This document shows positions 41,550-55,081 of a stretch of DNA of 64,000 bases, one piece after another (position 1 is the stretch's first letter; each line of letters starts with the position of its first letter). The DNA is from Octopus sinensis. Lineage: Eukaryota. Position numbers and translations under genes: made by a program. The stretch is from contig NC_042998.1 of assembly GCF_006345805.1 (NCBI RefSeq), forward strand, positions 114,638,001 through 114,702,000. The letters run 5' to 3'. The notes beneath the pieces were generated by a model. The model saw only the letters and a program-made list of their open reading frames with translations. It was not told the DNA's origin and ran no database searches.

Positions 41550-42958
41550 ACTCTTTGTGTCTCTGTCTCTCTTTGTCTCTCTTTCTCTGACACACACATA
41601 TATTACACGCATATAGACATAGAAATAATCATAACTGTATCTATGTATCTATCAACTTGCTACAATTTCTCTTGCACGCACATATTCGCAAACATTCATT
41701 TATACATACTTACATACACACCCGCATTTCTAAGAAAGTTTCTCTCAATATATTGACTTATAAATATATATGCAAATTTCTTTTATGCTCTTCATATTTT
41801 ATTTTTATGTATTAGTTGTATTGTATTTACATGTGTATTTAAAATTTTCATATTTTATATATATTTTGTTTTTGATCAAAATGTCACAAATTCTTGTGCG
41901 CATGGCAGAAGCAAAAGAATTGATAAATAGAATTTTATATGCCAATTGTTGCGTTGACATGGTCATGGAGATGTTTTTTTTAAAATTTTGTTGTCTTTTT
42001 TTTTTTTTGAAAAATATATATACAAAATATATTGTGTTATCTTTGAATTAATAGGGGCTTTCTTCGATAAATATAAAATATATATAAATAAACGCAAGTA
42101 TATATATATTTATATATACGTGCATACATAGTTCATACACACACACACAATATGTGTATATATATATATGAGAATAAAAGAATATATATGCGCGCAATAG
42201 TATTCTCAAATATAAATACTTGAACAAAACGAAAATATACCAACACACAATCTTTCATTGATACGGGCGCACGTAACCATCTATATGTTTATATTTATAT
42301 ACTTAATCACGCATATATATATATATATATTTAATACTGTGTCCCAAGTTACGTGCGTATGCGTGCGTCTGTGTATATAAATAAATAAATGAATAAATAA
42401 ATATATAAATATATATATGTATATACATACATGTATGTAGTGTTTAGCTTCACTAAAAATAAGATGAAAGCATATTAATCATCATTGCACGCACATTATC
42501 GTACGCGTGTACGCATGCGTGCGCTGATTTATGAATTCTCTATGATTGAAGAAATGAATATATACTATATTATTTAAATGCCATACGTTGATATCTCTCC
42601 TTTATCTCACAACTATTATTTACAAGATTCCAGTACATACTTGCTTTTATATAGGAACATTCGTGCATACAGACACATTTACACGCATCTCCGCGTCTAC
42701 ACGCATACAATATCTGTTTGTGTATACATTCATATGCATACATAAATATATATATATAGATAGATGCACATATATTTGCAGTGAAAATACTTAAAAGTTT
42801 GTATTATATAGAAATTTCCAGATATCAATAAATAGGAGGCGAATGTATATATTTTTCATTTTTTAAAAGATTTATATATTCACTGAATTACTCAAACATT
42901 TATATACCTATGTTTGTGTAAATATCCATTCAATTGCATATCTTTCTCTCCCTCTCTT

Positions 42959-43003
<45 letters not shown>

Positions 43004-43529
43004 ATTCTCACTTCCTCATTTTCCCTATCTGTCAGTCAATTTATGTATATACCTCTATTACTCTCTCTCTCTCTTTACTTCTCGCTCTCTATCTTTTTGT
43101 CCATCTAACTCTTTGTCTGACGCTCTCTCTCTGTCTCTCTCTCTCTCTCTATCTGTCTGTCAATCACCCTCTCTCTGTGAACAGGGTACAGTAATTCTTT
43201 CAATCACAGCATGTTACAGAGAAAAAAATCTACGTTCAAGTTTTTGATCTTTTTATTAAGGGCTTTTCATTTTTTCCTGACTGCTCCTTTATGTTCACTT
43301 TGTAACAATATCATCTCCAAGTCCACCAGTCTGTTAACGTTTCAAGACTTTTCTGTCCTCCTCATGAGAACAAAAGGTTGATAATAATGGTAATTCACTC
43401 ACGCGGTTGCAGTTGATCACAAACGAGCCTAGGAATATTGTTATGAGATTTAAATCGCCAACGTCGGGTTTGAAATTTGTACAAAGTCCTGCTACATTTT
43501 ACGATAGGTATATTCATGTTTTACATGTG

Positions 43530-44035
43530 ATACATACATACATGCATGCACACATACATACATACATACATACATACATACATACATACATACATACATA
43601 CATACATGCATGCATGCATGCATACATACATACATACATACATACATACATACATACATACATACATACATACATACAAATACCAATCTTGAGAAATTAG
43701 GCTTCTCAAAAGCAGAAAGGAGAAAGCTAATTCGAAGACTACAGATCCAGTCCATCCCTGGAACTGTGAAAATCTGTAAAACTTTCCAGATGTTTACCAT
43801 TTAAATATATATGAGCATGTCTAGATATGCAACTATATGCATTAGAATATAAACATAAAAGAAAGAAAGATGTACATACATACATGCATACATACATACA
43901 TACATGCATGCATACATACATACATACATACATGTATGCATACATAGATACATACATACATACATACATACATACATACATACATACATACATACATACA
44001 TACATACATACATACATACGTACATACATACATAA
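43530..44035. repeat. Two (ATAC)n microsatellites separated by ~190 bp
   Basis: Direct inspection. Confidence 0.95.
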
Positions 44036-44456
44036 AGAATGCAAATCCTTAATTCCTCTTCTACAAATGATCACGATATCTGAGTCTATAAATATATGTA
44101 GGACCTTAAAATTTAAACGATGATGGTTAAACAAACATATTTTTCTTCACAACCTTGCTGCCAAGTAGTTGGCCAGCTAAATTTACTCTAAAATTACAAA
44201 GAGAAAGTGAACGAACATACATACTCCTACTGTGCTCTCTACACATTCTGATTGCATTTTCCATGTATTAACATGTACCCCCTTGCGACAGTGTAGACTC
44301 TCATTTAATCAAGCTATGCTTGGCCTGAGGAGTAGTCTGCTGTATACACCATTTCTTGGATATTTACCACTTTCGAGGTTCCGCTAGCTGTGAAACATAT
44401 GCAGCACGGATCTTATCTACTCCATTCCTTAACTCTTGGATGTATATATAAATATA

Positions 44457-44652
44457 TTCTTTTATTCTTTATTTGTTTCAGTCACTTGATTGTGGCCATG
44501 CTGGAGCACCACCTTTAGTCGATGACATCGACCCCAAGACTTATTCTTTGTAAGCCTAGTACTTATTCCATCGGTCTCTTTTGTCAAGCGATGGCGTTAG
44601 GACAAACACAGACAGCACACACATAAACACACACACACACACACACACACAG

Positions 44653-44693
<41 letters not shown>

Positions 44694-44843
44694 CGACGTG
44701 TTGCTTTCAGTTTTCGTCTACCAAATCCATCACAAGGATTTGATTAGTCCGAAGCTATAGTAGAAAATATTTGCATCAGACGCCATGCAGTGAGACTGAA
44801 TCCAGAACCATGGGGTTCTTACAGCAGAGCCATACCTGCACCT
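44457..44843 (-). mobile_element. SINE family A
   Basis: Tail tttcagtcacttgattgtggccatgctggagcacc, core ctaccaaatcca...gtagaa, central (CA)(TA) tract. Confidence 0.8.
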
Positions 44844-45090
44844 ATAGCCAGGCCTGTGCCTATAAATATAAATATAGAATGTTTGTCTATATCAAGACTA
44901 AAGCTTCTCAAGCTGTTTAGTACTTATCGATAGATATAGCATGGGACCATTGCATGAAGTCTTTAAAGAACTATGGAAAATTTATAAAGTTGCCTACATT
45001 TCAACTATAGACTTCGAAATAATGCCTCCCAATACAACAGTAATAGAAATAACAAATATAAATTTGGCCAATATGTTCACATATTGAATA

Positions 45091-45404
45091 CGGCTGGCAC
45101 TCCGCCGGTTACGACGACGAGAGTTCCAGTTGATCTGATGAACGAAACAGTCAGTTCATGAAATTAACGTGTATGTGGCTGAGCTCTCTATAGACATGTG
45201 TACCCTTAACGTAGTTCTCGGGAAAATTCAGTGTGACATAGAGTGTCACAAGGCTGATCCTCTGAAATACAAGTACTACCCATTTTTGCCAGTTAAGTGA
45301 ACTGGAGCAACCTGAAATAAATTTGACCAAGGACACAACACATTGAACTCGCGACTTTGAGATCGTGAGCCGAATAGAGTAACCACTAATCCACGCGCCT
45401 TCAC
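45091..45404 (-). mobile_element. tRNA-derived SINE combining a family-D head with a family-C 3' body
   Basis: Head gtgaaggcgcgtgg matches the 62356 copy; the 3' 190 bp matches the 50203 and 52177 copies. Candidate 12 bp TSD ACATATT(G/C)AATA at 45079-45090 and 45406-45417. Confidence 0.75.
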
Positions 45405-46189
45405 TACATATTCAATATGACTAGCTGTTGTTCCGAAAAACACGTTGAAAGACTTTTTCTTTCCTGCACCTGCTGTTCTCTTGCAAGCTTCACAATGTAA
45501 TTTAGATGGCTCTAGTTTTCCTATTAGTGCCTTCCCTTGTGGCATCCTACGTGAATGATCTGCAAAGCAATGCTGTTCCGCTATGCATAGCAGCTATGTT
45601 GTTGACATATATATATGAAACAAATGCCGTAGAACAGGCTGATGGTCACACAATTCAACTTAACTCGATCGAAATTTCTGTATATTTTTAGACATAAACA
45701 AAAACATTATGGAACAACACGTATATCATCCTATTATATAAACGTAAGTAGCAGTATTTCCACAAAGTAGAAGAGCGATCGTTTAAATTGTCCCTCTGTA
45801 AAGAAATTTAAATATAGAAATCTTACCGGGAACATCAGTTCTTAACGGATTACCTAATAGATTAGCAGCCATTCATCTACATTGACACAATACCTGCAGC
45901 AACCTCTAAAAATATCCAGATTGCACAACCAAATGGAACCAAATGAATTCTAATTATAAGAATGGATGAATATGTAATTGAAATGAATCATTAGAGAGAA
46001 CACACGCATCATACATAGCCAGAAATATATAATTAGTAAAGTTCACACAATGAGAAAAAAGTGAAGACAAGAAAAAGAAGCCCTTAGAATAAAAATCCTC
46101 GTCATCAACAGGAGTATCGAATATCATCAGCATCGACTTGGTTACGCCAGCAGGGTCACTATTAAGGTCTCACAAAAATTGAGAAGAGC

Positions 46190-46760
46190 TAATCTCACCC
46201 AACGGTTTTCCATCTGCGATTTGTTGTAGAAACATGAAAAAAGTGATGTTTTGAAAGAGAAATTTAAGGGACGAAACGTAAAACATTTATAACAATGTGA
46301 AGTGCAAAAGACGATGGGAGAGGTACGGCGAGCCACCATAAACAACCTCCAAAGCAGATCTTTACTCAGAGAGGATTATACTTTCAGTTTGGGGGGATTA
46401 GAAGGTTGCTGTCTTTACGAGCTCTTCCCAGGAATAAGAACATCAATTCGGATGTATACTCTGACCAAATGGACAAGCGAAATGAAGCGATCCATCAGAA
46501 GCGTCCAGACTTGCTAATAGCAAGAACATTGTCTTTCATCACGACAATATCAGACCACATACTTCTCTGCAAATGAGGCACAAATTAATGAGGCTTAACT
46601 AGGATGTTTTGCTGTACCCTCCATATCCACCAGATATTGCGCCTTTGAATTTCTATTTAAAGATTCACATGGAATTTCTATCTAAAAATACACCTAGAAT
46701 TTCTATCTAAAAATTCTATCTAAAAATTTACATGGATTCGTTTTTCGCCACTAGAAACAC
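46190..46760 (+). mobile_element. Mariner (DD34D) transposase fragment
   Basis: Decayed motifs GDE..YNNVK.KR, INSDVY, IVFHHDNIRPHT and PPYPPDIAP. Confidence 0.8.
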
Positions 46761-47258
46761 AAAATACGTTAATTGAGCATGAGCCAGTCACAAGATTGCG
46801 GAGGAAACTAGAACAAAACAGTACTTATTGAATTGAATAGATCGGTTTGTGTTTCAAAAACTGTACCCTACTTTCGCTTCTAATACAGAACGGACATCTT
46901 GGCAAATATAATCTTTAAACACGAAGTAGAATGTAAAATTTGTTATAATACTATTGTTAGGATCCTTTGCAACTCGCTGAAAGCAAGCGAACAGCAGAAT
47001 TATTACCATCATTTCATGCAGGTGATGAGGCTACGAATAGATTGAAATATTAATGGATTAAAGGATGTTGAAACACTATTATTGCAATCGAAACAAGGAA
47101 CTAAGAAATAAATATGAAAAACCCTCTTTAAAAAAAAATTAAACTAAGATATTTTTATGTTTTTAATATATCATACACACACACATACACGCAGAGATAC
47201 ACGTACACACATATATATTTACCTTCTAATCGCTTCAGTCATTTTATTGGCCATTCTA

Positions 47259-47347
<89 letters not shown>

Positions 47348-47354
47348 TTGTATT

Positions 47355-47860
47355 CAGGGTGCGTAAGATATTTGAGGACAGATTTAGCACGTAATTTTGT
47401 CAGTGGCGGTCTTTCATCACGGTCTCAAAGCGATGAAAATATTTTGACAAATTAAATTTAAATGTTGAAGTGAATCTAACGGATTTTGTGTGTTTCTTAA
47501 ATGGCTATAAACACCTTCCACGCTGCAATTGTTTTTCTTTCAGCACACGATCTCAGATCAAGTCACTTACTATGCTCGTACATCTCCGATAAGAACTTTA
47601 TCAAAAATGCTATGAGGATAAAAATAAACCTTCTTTTCTATAATGTTATTCAATAAATCCACCTTCAGCTTCAACAACTGCTTCTATATGAGATCTAAAT
47701 CATCTACATGCTCGAATCAAGTAGTCCTGGTTCATTTTGGATGTTATTCTGACTATGGCAGCTTTCGAAGAAGAGTCCTTCCGTGATTCATTGGCAACGA
47801 ATTCTAAGTATATTGCCAAAGACTCTATACCATAGAGGTAGGATTTCCTGCATTTACAAA
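47355..47860 (-). mobile_element. 3' end of a maT-like transposon, interrupted by a hammerhead-repeat copy
   Basis: Terminus cagggtgc resembles the 34843 TIR. The minus strand encodes a decayed ...RSHIEAVVEAEGGFIE-type C-terminus at ~47655-47700. Confidence 0.55.
47393..47588 (+). mobile_element. Copy of the 59381-59731 repeat family with a degenerate hammerhead core
   Basis: Colinear with 59542-59731. Retains tttgtca...GAA-AATATT-T-tgacaaa, but the core is replaced. Confidence 0.8.
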
Positions 47861-48344
47861 TGAGAGTGGCAATAACCCATTAAGGAAGGGAAAATGGAGG
47901 GGTGTGTGAGAGTTGGGAGAGAAGAAAAATAGACCCACTAGTTCAATGGTAATTCGGTCATCCAATACCAATTGGTATCATGCAAAATGTTGAATTTGAT
48001 CGTGGTACGTAGAGAACAGGATCAAATAACTGAAGACCGTCCATTCGTAGCTCTAAGACCTCTATAAAAAAATTCATTATAACAACCCTAAAAATTCCTT
48101 ATTACACTCACCATATATTGCCCTTCTTTTGGCATCATCCATCACTGACAATTTAAAAATTATACTTTGGTATATATATGCACACAGAACGCTCCCGCTC
48201 TGTCTGTCTGTAAATATATATATACACACATATATATATATGCATATACAGACGTATGCATATTGATATATATATATATATATATATATATGCATATATA
48301 TATGTGTGTCTGTATACATTTTTAGAATGATACATATATACATA

Positions 48345-48379
<35 letters not shown>

Positions 48380-48382
48380 ATA

Positions 48383-48444
<62 letters not shown>

Positions 48445-48807
48445 GTGTTTTTGTGTATATAATTATATATATATATATATATATTCACACATATATATGT
48501 ATATGTCTACATACACATGCGTAATAAAGAGTATTCAGGTTATATTTAGATAATATTCTTATAAGTGCGTGTACAACTTTCACCTGTATACATTATTCAA
48601 TAGATCTGTATGCATGTTTGGAAAAAGTTGGAACAAGGGAAGTTTCTCGCATGAATCATCCACCGGTGCAATAAGTTACAAAGCACACGAGATTCAAAGT
48701 CTCGTTACCTTCCTCTCCCTGTTCTTTCTTTTTCTCACGTACATATATATTTATACACACACACACACACAATATTTTCACACACACGCACCCCCCCCCC
48801 ACACACG

Positions 48808-48839
<32 letters not shown>

Positions 48840-49130
48840 ATGAATGTGGATTTATATATGCATCTTTACTTAGATAAATGTATACATATATATTCCTTCG
48901 GCGTATCTATCTGATTTTCTATTATATCTGTACTCATAATGGCGAATGTAATGACACAATTCACACGCATAATCACAAATAAAACATAGTCATATGTGTT
49001 ATATAATGTAAATATATAATATATATATATATATAAATGTAAATATATATATATAGATAGATATATACATATATAATATATATATATAGATATATATATA
49101 TGGCATATACATATATATATGTATGATATA

Positions 49131-49173
<43 letters not shown>

Positions 49174-49210
49174 ATATATATTATATAGATATATAAAACC
49201 ATATATATAA

Positions 49211-49249
<39 letters not shown>

Positions 49250-49280
49250 CCGTATATATACATACATGCATATATATATA

Positions 49281-49645
49281 TGAGCAACACGCCCCCTGTC
49301 CAATGGACGGTGCTGAGTTGTCAAACATTTAAACTAAATTTTCTCAAAACAAATTGTCCGACCGTTGCTTAGGACTCCCATTTGAGAAACACTGACTTAA
49401 CCTAAATTTCAGACACCAGCAAAAGACGGATTTCGAGACTGATGTACTTGCGCGTGCAAATACACGTTCCCACGGCATTATCGATCGCATTCTCACCTGA
49501 AATCGATTTTTGTAATTTTTTCAAGACTTATACACGCCCTGGTACCGTCTGTATCTACATATCAAATTTGAGTGCAATCGGATGGAGGATGCCCGAGATC
49601 ATAGAAGACATACACACAGAGACAGACAGAACGGATTTATATTAT
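49281..49645 (-). mobile_element. Non-autonomous Helitron/HINE-like element
   Basis: Right end caaatttgagtgcaatcgg...gacagacagaacggatttatatt is typical of DINE-1/Lep1-like elements. A short hairpin ctgtcc-aat-ggacgg lies near the left end; the CTAG terminus is not intact. Confidence 0.5.
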
Positions 49646-50202
49646 ATATATATATATATATTCTATTGCAAATCTTATACAAGAACACAATTAAGTAATG
49701 AGAATGGGCATCGTCATTTTATTGAGGAATATTTTAGCCCTGAGTGATTCATTTAAAAGATTGCGTAACATCACTATGAAGGTCTGAGTAATCTTTCTAC
49801 TCCATCGAGTTACGTATTTGTTTTTAGACAGAATGAAAAAGCTTTTCTACTTGATGTTAAAGGATGTGAAACAGTCGTGAAAACTTCGCCATAGCTAAAA
49901 TTTGAAGAATTCCACACGACGCTGCTGAGGACATTATTCTTCTAAACTATATCACTAAAATTCCAAATCTGTGGGCAAGATTACTTTGGAGAAAAAGAAA
50001 ACCAGCTTTGACGTTAGATCCAGTTTATTACGTTATGTATTATATAGCGTATGGTCACGTAAAGTCAAATTTGAATTTGTTGGACATAAGGTAATCTCAC
50101 TGCGAATATAAATGTTACATTCTTTGTTCTGAATGACGAACTCTCTTGTATTTCTGTAGCCAGATACATGATGTCTTAGTTCTCTCTATTGAAGCTAACA
50201 GT

Positions 50203-50563
50203 GGAGGCGCAATGGCCCAGTGGTTAGGGCAGCGGGCTCGCGGTCGTAGGATCGCAGTTTCGATTCCCAGACCGGGCATTGTGAGGGTTTATTGAGCGAA
50301 AACACCTAAAGCTTCACGAGGCTCTTGCTGTACTCTTTCACCACAACTTTCTCTCACTCTTTCTTCCTGTTTCTGTTGTACCTGTATTTCAAAGGGCCAG
50401 CCTTGTCGCACTCTGTGTCACGCTGAATCTCCTCGAGAACTACGTTAAGGGTACACGTGTCTGTGGAGTGCTCAGCCACTTGCACGTTAATTCCACGAGC
50501 AAGCTGTTCCGTTGATCGTATCAGCTGGGACCCTCATCGTCGTAACCGACGGAGTGCTCCTAC
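50203..50563 (+). mobile_element. tRNA-derived SINE family C with a perfect 17 bp TSD
   Basis: A box TGGCCCAGTGG, B box GTTTCGATTCC. TSD CTATTGAAGCTAACAGT at 50186-50202 and 50564-50580. Confidence 0.92.
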
Positions 50564-51199
50564 CTATTGAAGCTAACAGTAATATCAGCAAACTATTGAT
50601 CTGCAATCTGTCAGACTGGCCGTTAGTGTATACTTGGATGGATTATGAGCACAGGGAAGCCTAAGAAAAAATAAGGATGTGCTATGGGAAGCACTAGGTG
50701 CTCCAAGAGATAGTGACGTTTCTGGAAAATAATATATTTAAACCAATTATGAGATTTATATTTTGAACATATTTCAAGAAAAGAAAAATATTGTAAGATT
50801 GAATATGAAAAGGAAATTGTGTTGTCAAGACTATTCATGGAACAAGACCGTATGTAAGTTGGTTATATAAGTCCCCGCACCCTTAAGTATATTTAACGGA
50901 GTGGGTATAAGTGTATGCAAATATCTGGGGGAAGAAGCAGCAGAAATGGCTAAGAAGTGGAAAGTATTCGAAATGATAGACTTATATACATTTGACGATG
51001 CTCAGAAGAAAAATCAGCAAGTCGGAGAGAGACATCCGAGAAAATTAGAGACAACTTTTGATGAACATATAGCGTCACTTTGGATATCAGGGCGCATAGA
51101 AGACACAGTAGAAGAATAGGAAATTTTGACAAATAATGGCAGTAAATATACTTTATGAGACACAAAAATAAACAAATCAAACAAATGAGAATTAGAAAC

Positions 51200-51720
51200 A
51201 CAGAACGACTACAATATTAGAAAATGAAATTAAAGAACAAAGAGACGCACGGCAAGCAAATGAAAGAACACGAGTCACCGAGAGAATACAAAAGGAAACA
51301 GGATGCTGAGAACGGGAGGCAAGCACAAGATCACAAGATGCGATACGTAAATAACATTCTATGGAACATATATGAGACATTCTTCGTGTGGAGAATTTAA
51401 TGGAATATGCCAGTTTTGTGAAGCAATGCACTTTCTTGCTGAGAATCTCTGCGATACCTTGTGTAATAATTGCTACCATAAATGCAAATTTAAGAACCTT
51501 CAATAGTGACATTTCTTAGAATATCTGAAATATATGAATCAACTAGGTTATTGCTATTATTCCAAATTTAGATCAACAATATCATAGACCTCGGTAGATA
51601 TGCTTGATTAAATGGCATGGGGTTCAGACAGCTGAAGTCTTATTGGAAAGACAATTTATTCACTTGTACATCGACGATCAACAATGACTAATGAGACTAG
51701 ACTTAACCACCGTGGAAATG
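51200..51720 (+). pseudogene. Helitron Rep N-terminal fragment
   Basis: CGEFNGICQFCEAMHFLAE...CNNCYHKCK at ~51387-51490 resembles the Helitron CxxCxAxxFxxE...CC zinc motif. FIHLYIDD at ~51655-51680 resembles the FAQLYIxD motif. Confidence 0.6.
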
Positions 51721-51979
51721 TAAAATTTACTCCTAAAATTATAGACACCTTAGATACTATTACTAGAGAAAATAATGTTTACGGAATATTATACAAAAGT
51801 CAAACAGAAAGCAACGGTGCATGCGTAGCAGGGAAATAGAAAAGCTCTCAGTGGTAAACATGGTGTTTACAAGAAAATGTTTAAGAGTTTAGCGAAATAT
51901 CAATCCCAGTCAGCGTAAGACTACTATTCTTATAAAACGACAAAGGTAGAGGCGCGCACTACACATGCATATACACATA

Positions 51980-52774
51980 AGCACGGCAAGGCTGTGTGGT
52001 CAGAAGCTTGCTTTCCAACCCCTCATTCTTCTGGGTTCATCCCCACTGCGTGGCATCTTTGGCAGGTGTCTTCTACTATAGCCTCAGGCCGACCGAAGAC
52101 TTGTGAGTGGATTTGGTAGAAGGAAACTGAAGGAAGCCCGTCACATGTGTGTGTGTGTGTATGTGCATCTATGTGTGGAGGCGCAATGGCCCAGTGGTTA
52201 GGGCAGCGGAGTCGCGGTCATAAGATCGCGGTTTCGATTCCGGGACCGGGCGTTGTGAGTGTTTATTGAGCGAAACACCTAAAGCTCCACGAGGCTCCGG
52301 CAGGGGATGGTGGTGATCCCTGCTGTACTCTTTCACCACAACTTCTCTCACTCTTACTTCCTGTTTCTGTTGTACCTGTATTTCAAAGGGCCGGCCTTGT
52401 CACTCTCTGTGTCACGCTGAATATCTCCGAGAACTACGTTAAGGGTACACGTGTCTGTGGAGTGCTCAGCCACTTACACGTTAATTTCACGAGCAGGCTG
52501 TTCCGTTGATTCGGATCAACCGGAACCCTCATCGTCGTAACCGACGGAGTGCTTCCATTCCATGTGTGTGTGTGTGTGTCTGTATATGTCGCTCCCCACC
52601 GATTGACAAGCTGTATTTATGTCCCCGTAACTTGGTGGTTCGGCAAAAACAACAACAGAATAAATACTAGGCTCAAAATATATTACTGGGGTCGATCAAT
52701 CGACTAAAAATTCTGGAAGGCAGAGTCCCAGCATGGCTGCAGTCTAATGACTGGAACACGTAAAAGATAAAAGA
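51980..52774 (+). mobile_element. SINE family A with a family-C SINE nested in its central microsatellite
   Basis: Head and core at 51980-52145, tail at 52570-52774. Confidence 0.8.
52177..52556 (+). mobile_element. tRNA-derived SINE family C, full length
   Basis: Colinear with 50203-50563 and carries an extra ~24 bp segment (ccggcaggggatggtggtgatccc). Confidence 0.92.
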
Positions 52775-52989
52775 CATAGAAGGCATGTGCTACGTGCATA
52801 CGGATACATCTATCTAAGTATCAGCTGGGAATCGCTGAGTGTTTCACATTTTATACACATTATTGCATTAATATGATTCAACAAAGGCTGCATACCTGCA
52901 TGTCTTCAGGTTAGTTGGTGCGAGAACAGTGTATTTCAATATACTGTATGTATTTGTGAGGCAATCCCGCTGTAATTCGGGCTTCCGCT

Positions 52990-53780
52990 GCTAGGAGCCA
53001 TTTGATGTGACCTTCAGACATCAGTCTGCTGATCGGCGTCGTCGGGTGAGATCATACTTCCGCGTGATGCGTCTTTGTTTTGCAGTGCTTCTCTCCTGTT
53101 CGACTTTTGCGATGACTGAAACGAAAGAACAGCATGCTTCCGTGAAATTCTGTTTTTCTGTTGGGGAAAACAGTGGCCGAAACAGTTGTCATGCTTCAAA
53201 CAGCTTAAAGGACGCTACCATGAGCAAAACACAAATTTACTAGTGGTTTTCACACTTTAGAAATGGTCGTTTATCGCGTTCAGGATGACCGTGGACCTCC
53301 CGGACGAATGAAAACATGATGAAAATTAATGAACTGATCTTGGAGAACCGTCGTTGAATAATTAATGAACTTGTTGATATGACTGGTGTGTTCTGGAGCT
53401 CCTGCCAACGACTTTTGAGCGAGGAATTGCGAATGAAAAGGGTTGCAGGAAAATTTGCGCCCTACTTGCTCACGGATGAATAAAAGCAGTCAGAATTGAA
53501 TGCGTGTCGTGAACTGAAAGAACAGTTGCAAGTTGACCCGGACCTTTTTCGAAGGTCATCATTGGTGATGAAAGCTGGCACTACAGAATTTGTAGATGTT
53601 GAAGAGGTGAAGAAAAAAACTCGCAAGAGTTCCAGCACTGCTTTGAACAGTGGAAAACGCGTATGAACCGCTGCATTGCTTTAAATGGAGAATACTTTGA
53701 AGGCTATAAAAGTGTAAACATGTAAAATTAAGTGAATAAAATGACATTGCAAAATTCCGTTTTCTTATGGGTACCCATCG
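52990..53780 (+). mobile_element. Internally deleted mariner
   Basis: MTETKEQHASVKFCF..KT..ETV.ML, MKRVAGKF.P.LLT, KVIIGDESW, then a jump to CFEQWKTRMNRCIALNGEYFEG. Right end is ...gggtacccatcg|TA; the left end is not resolved. Confidence 0.85.
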
Positions 53781-55033
53781 TATACATAATAGTTTTCTCT
53801 AGGCAAGAACACAAGCAAAGCTCTAGCAACCTCACACCTCATCTGACATGGTGTGATTCTAACTATAATCTTGTTTGAATTGTATGTTTAGTACATGGGC
53901 GTGAAGTTGGCTGAGCAATGTGTTGAACGGTTTCCCTCAAACGGAGTCCTTATAATTTCATACAATACCAGTGATTCAATACGGCTGGCTAGTCACAAGC
54001 TTAATCCCTTTGATACTCTCTGAGGATTATATTAAAGGTACAAGCGTTAGTGGAATAGTCAACTACATATACTATCATACAAATCACTAGGAAGTTCATT
54101 TGATTAAACAACTGAAAAATGCATCGTCGAAACTGGCGCAAGATTTGTATGTATATATGCGTGAGCCTTTGAATGTATACGTATATGTGATTGCGTTGCT
54201 TTTGTGTGTCTCTTTATCAGTGTCTGTATCTGTGTGTACAATTATCTTTTGTTATTTTGACTTTTTGCCAATCAATCTCCCTTCACGACTTTATATTGCT
54301 GTCTTCAATACAAGCATCAACTGCAAACAAGAGATTTTTTTCGAGTTAGTTTCTTTCCAGGAACTAATGTGAAATCGTACTGGCGTAAATAAACATAAAA
54401 AACCACGTGTTTACTGGTTTTTGTGAAATTAAAAAAAGAAAAGAAAAGAATATTCATCTCTGGTATATATCGAGTATTGATTACAGTTTAACCTGTAATC
54501 GAACGTTTATAATGAGGGTGAAGAATAACATAATATAATGTTGGTGAAAAACATCATAATATAACAATATCAAAGACAAAAAAAATAGAAACAAGGATAA
54601 ATTAATGAAATAACAGTCTGCACAAAATTTTTCTGTTTACATCTTCCAGTTCAAGTCCCGACATCATATTAAATGTGGATGTGTGCGCATACATATACAA
54701 GTTTATATATGCATATGTATACATACATAAACAAGTGTAAGCATAATACATACACACATACATACACATGTATATAAACAAATGTATATATATATATATA
54801 TATATATACATAAACAAAGTATGTGTTGTATATATATATATATATATAATATATATATATATGTATGTATATAAAAGAAAGTTACCATCTCGAAATACAA
54901 TACATATATATATATATATATATATGTATATATTGACCTGTATCTAAAATCAAATGTATACGTTCTTATATATCATGTACATATTTATGTAAGGATTAGC
55001 ATTTTTTTCTACATTCATTACCCCTGTGTGTGC

Positions 55034-55081
<48 letters not shown>

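Noticed and set aside
50203-50275. tRNA-like sequences here and at 52177 and 62356
   Set aside because: They have A and B boxes but no complete cloverleaf, and they continue into shared SINE bodies, so they are SINE heads rather than tRNA genes.
53900-54050. Possible further DDxD transposase scrap (LNPFD...GYIK-like)
   Set aside because: A single short degenerate motif with no TIRs.
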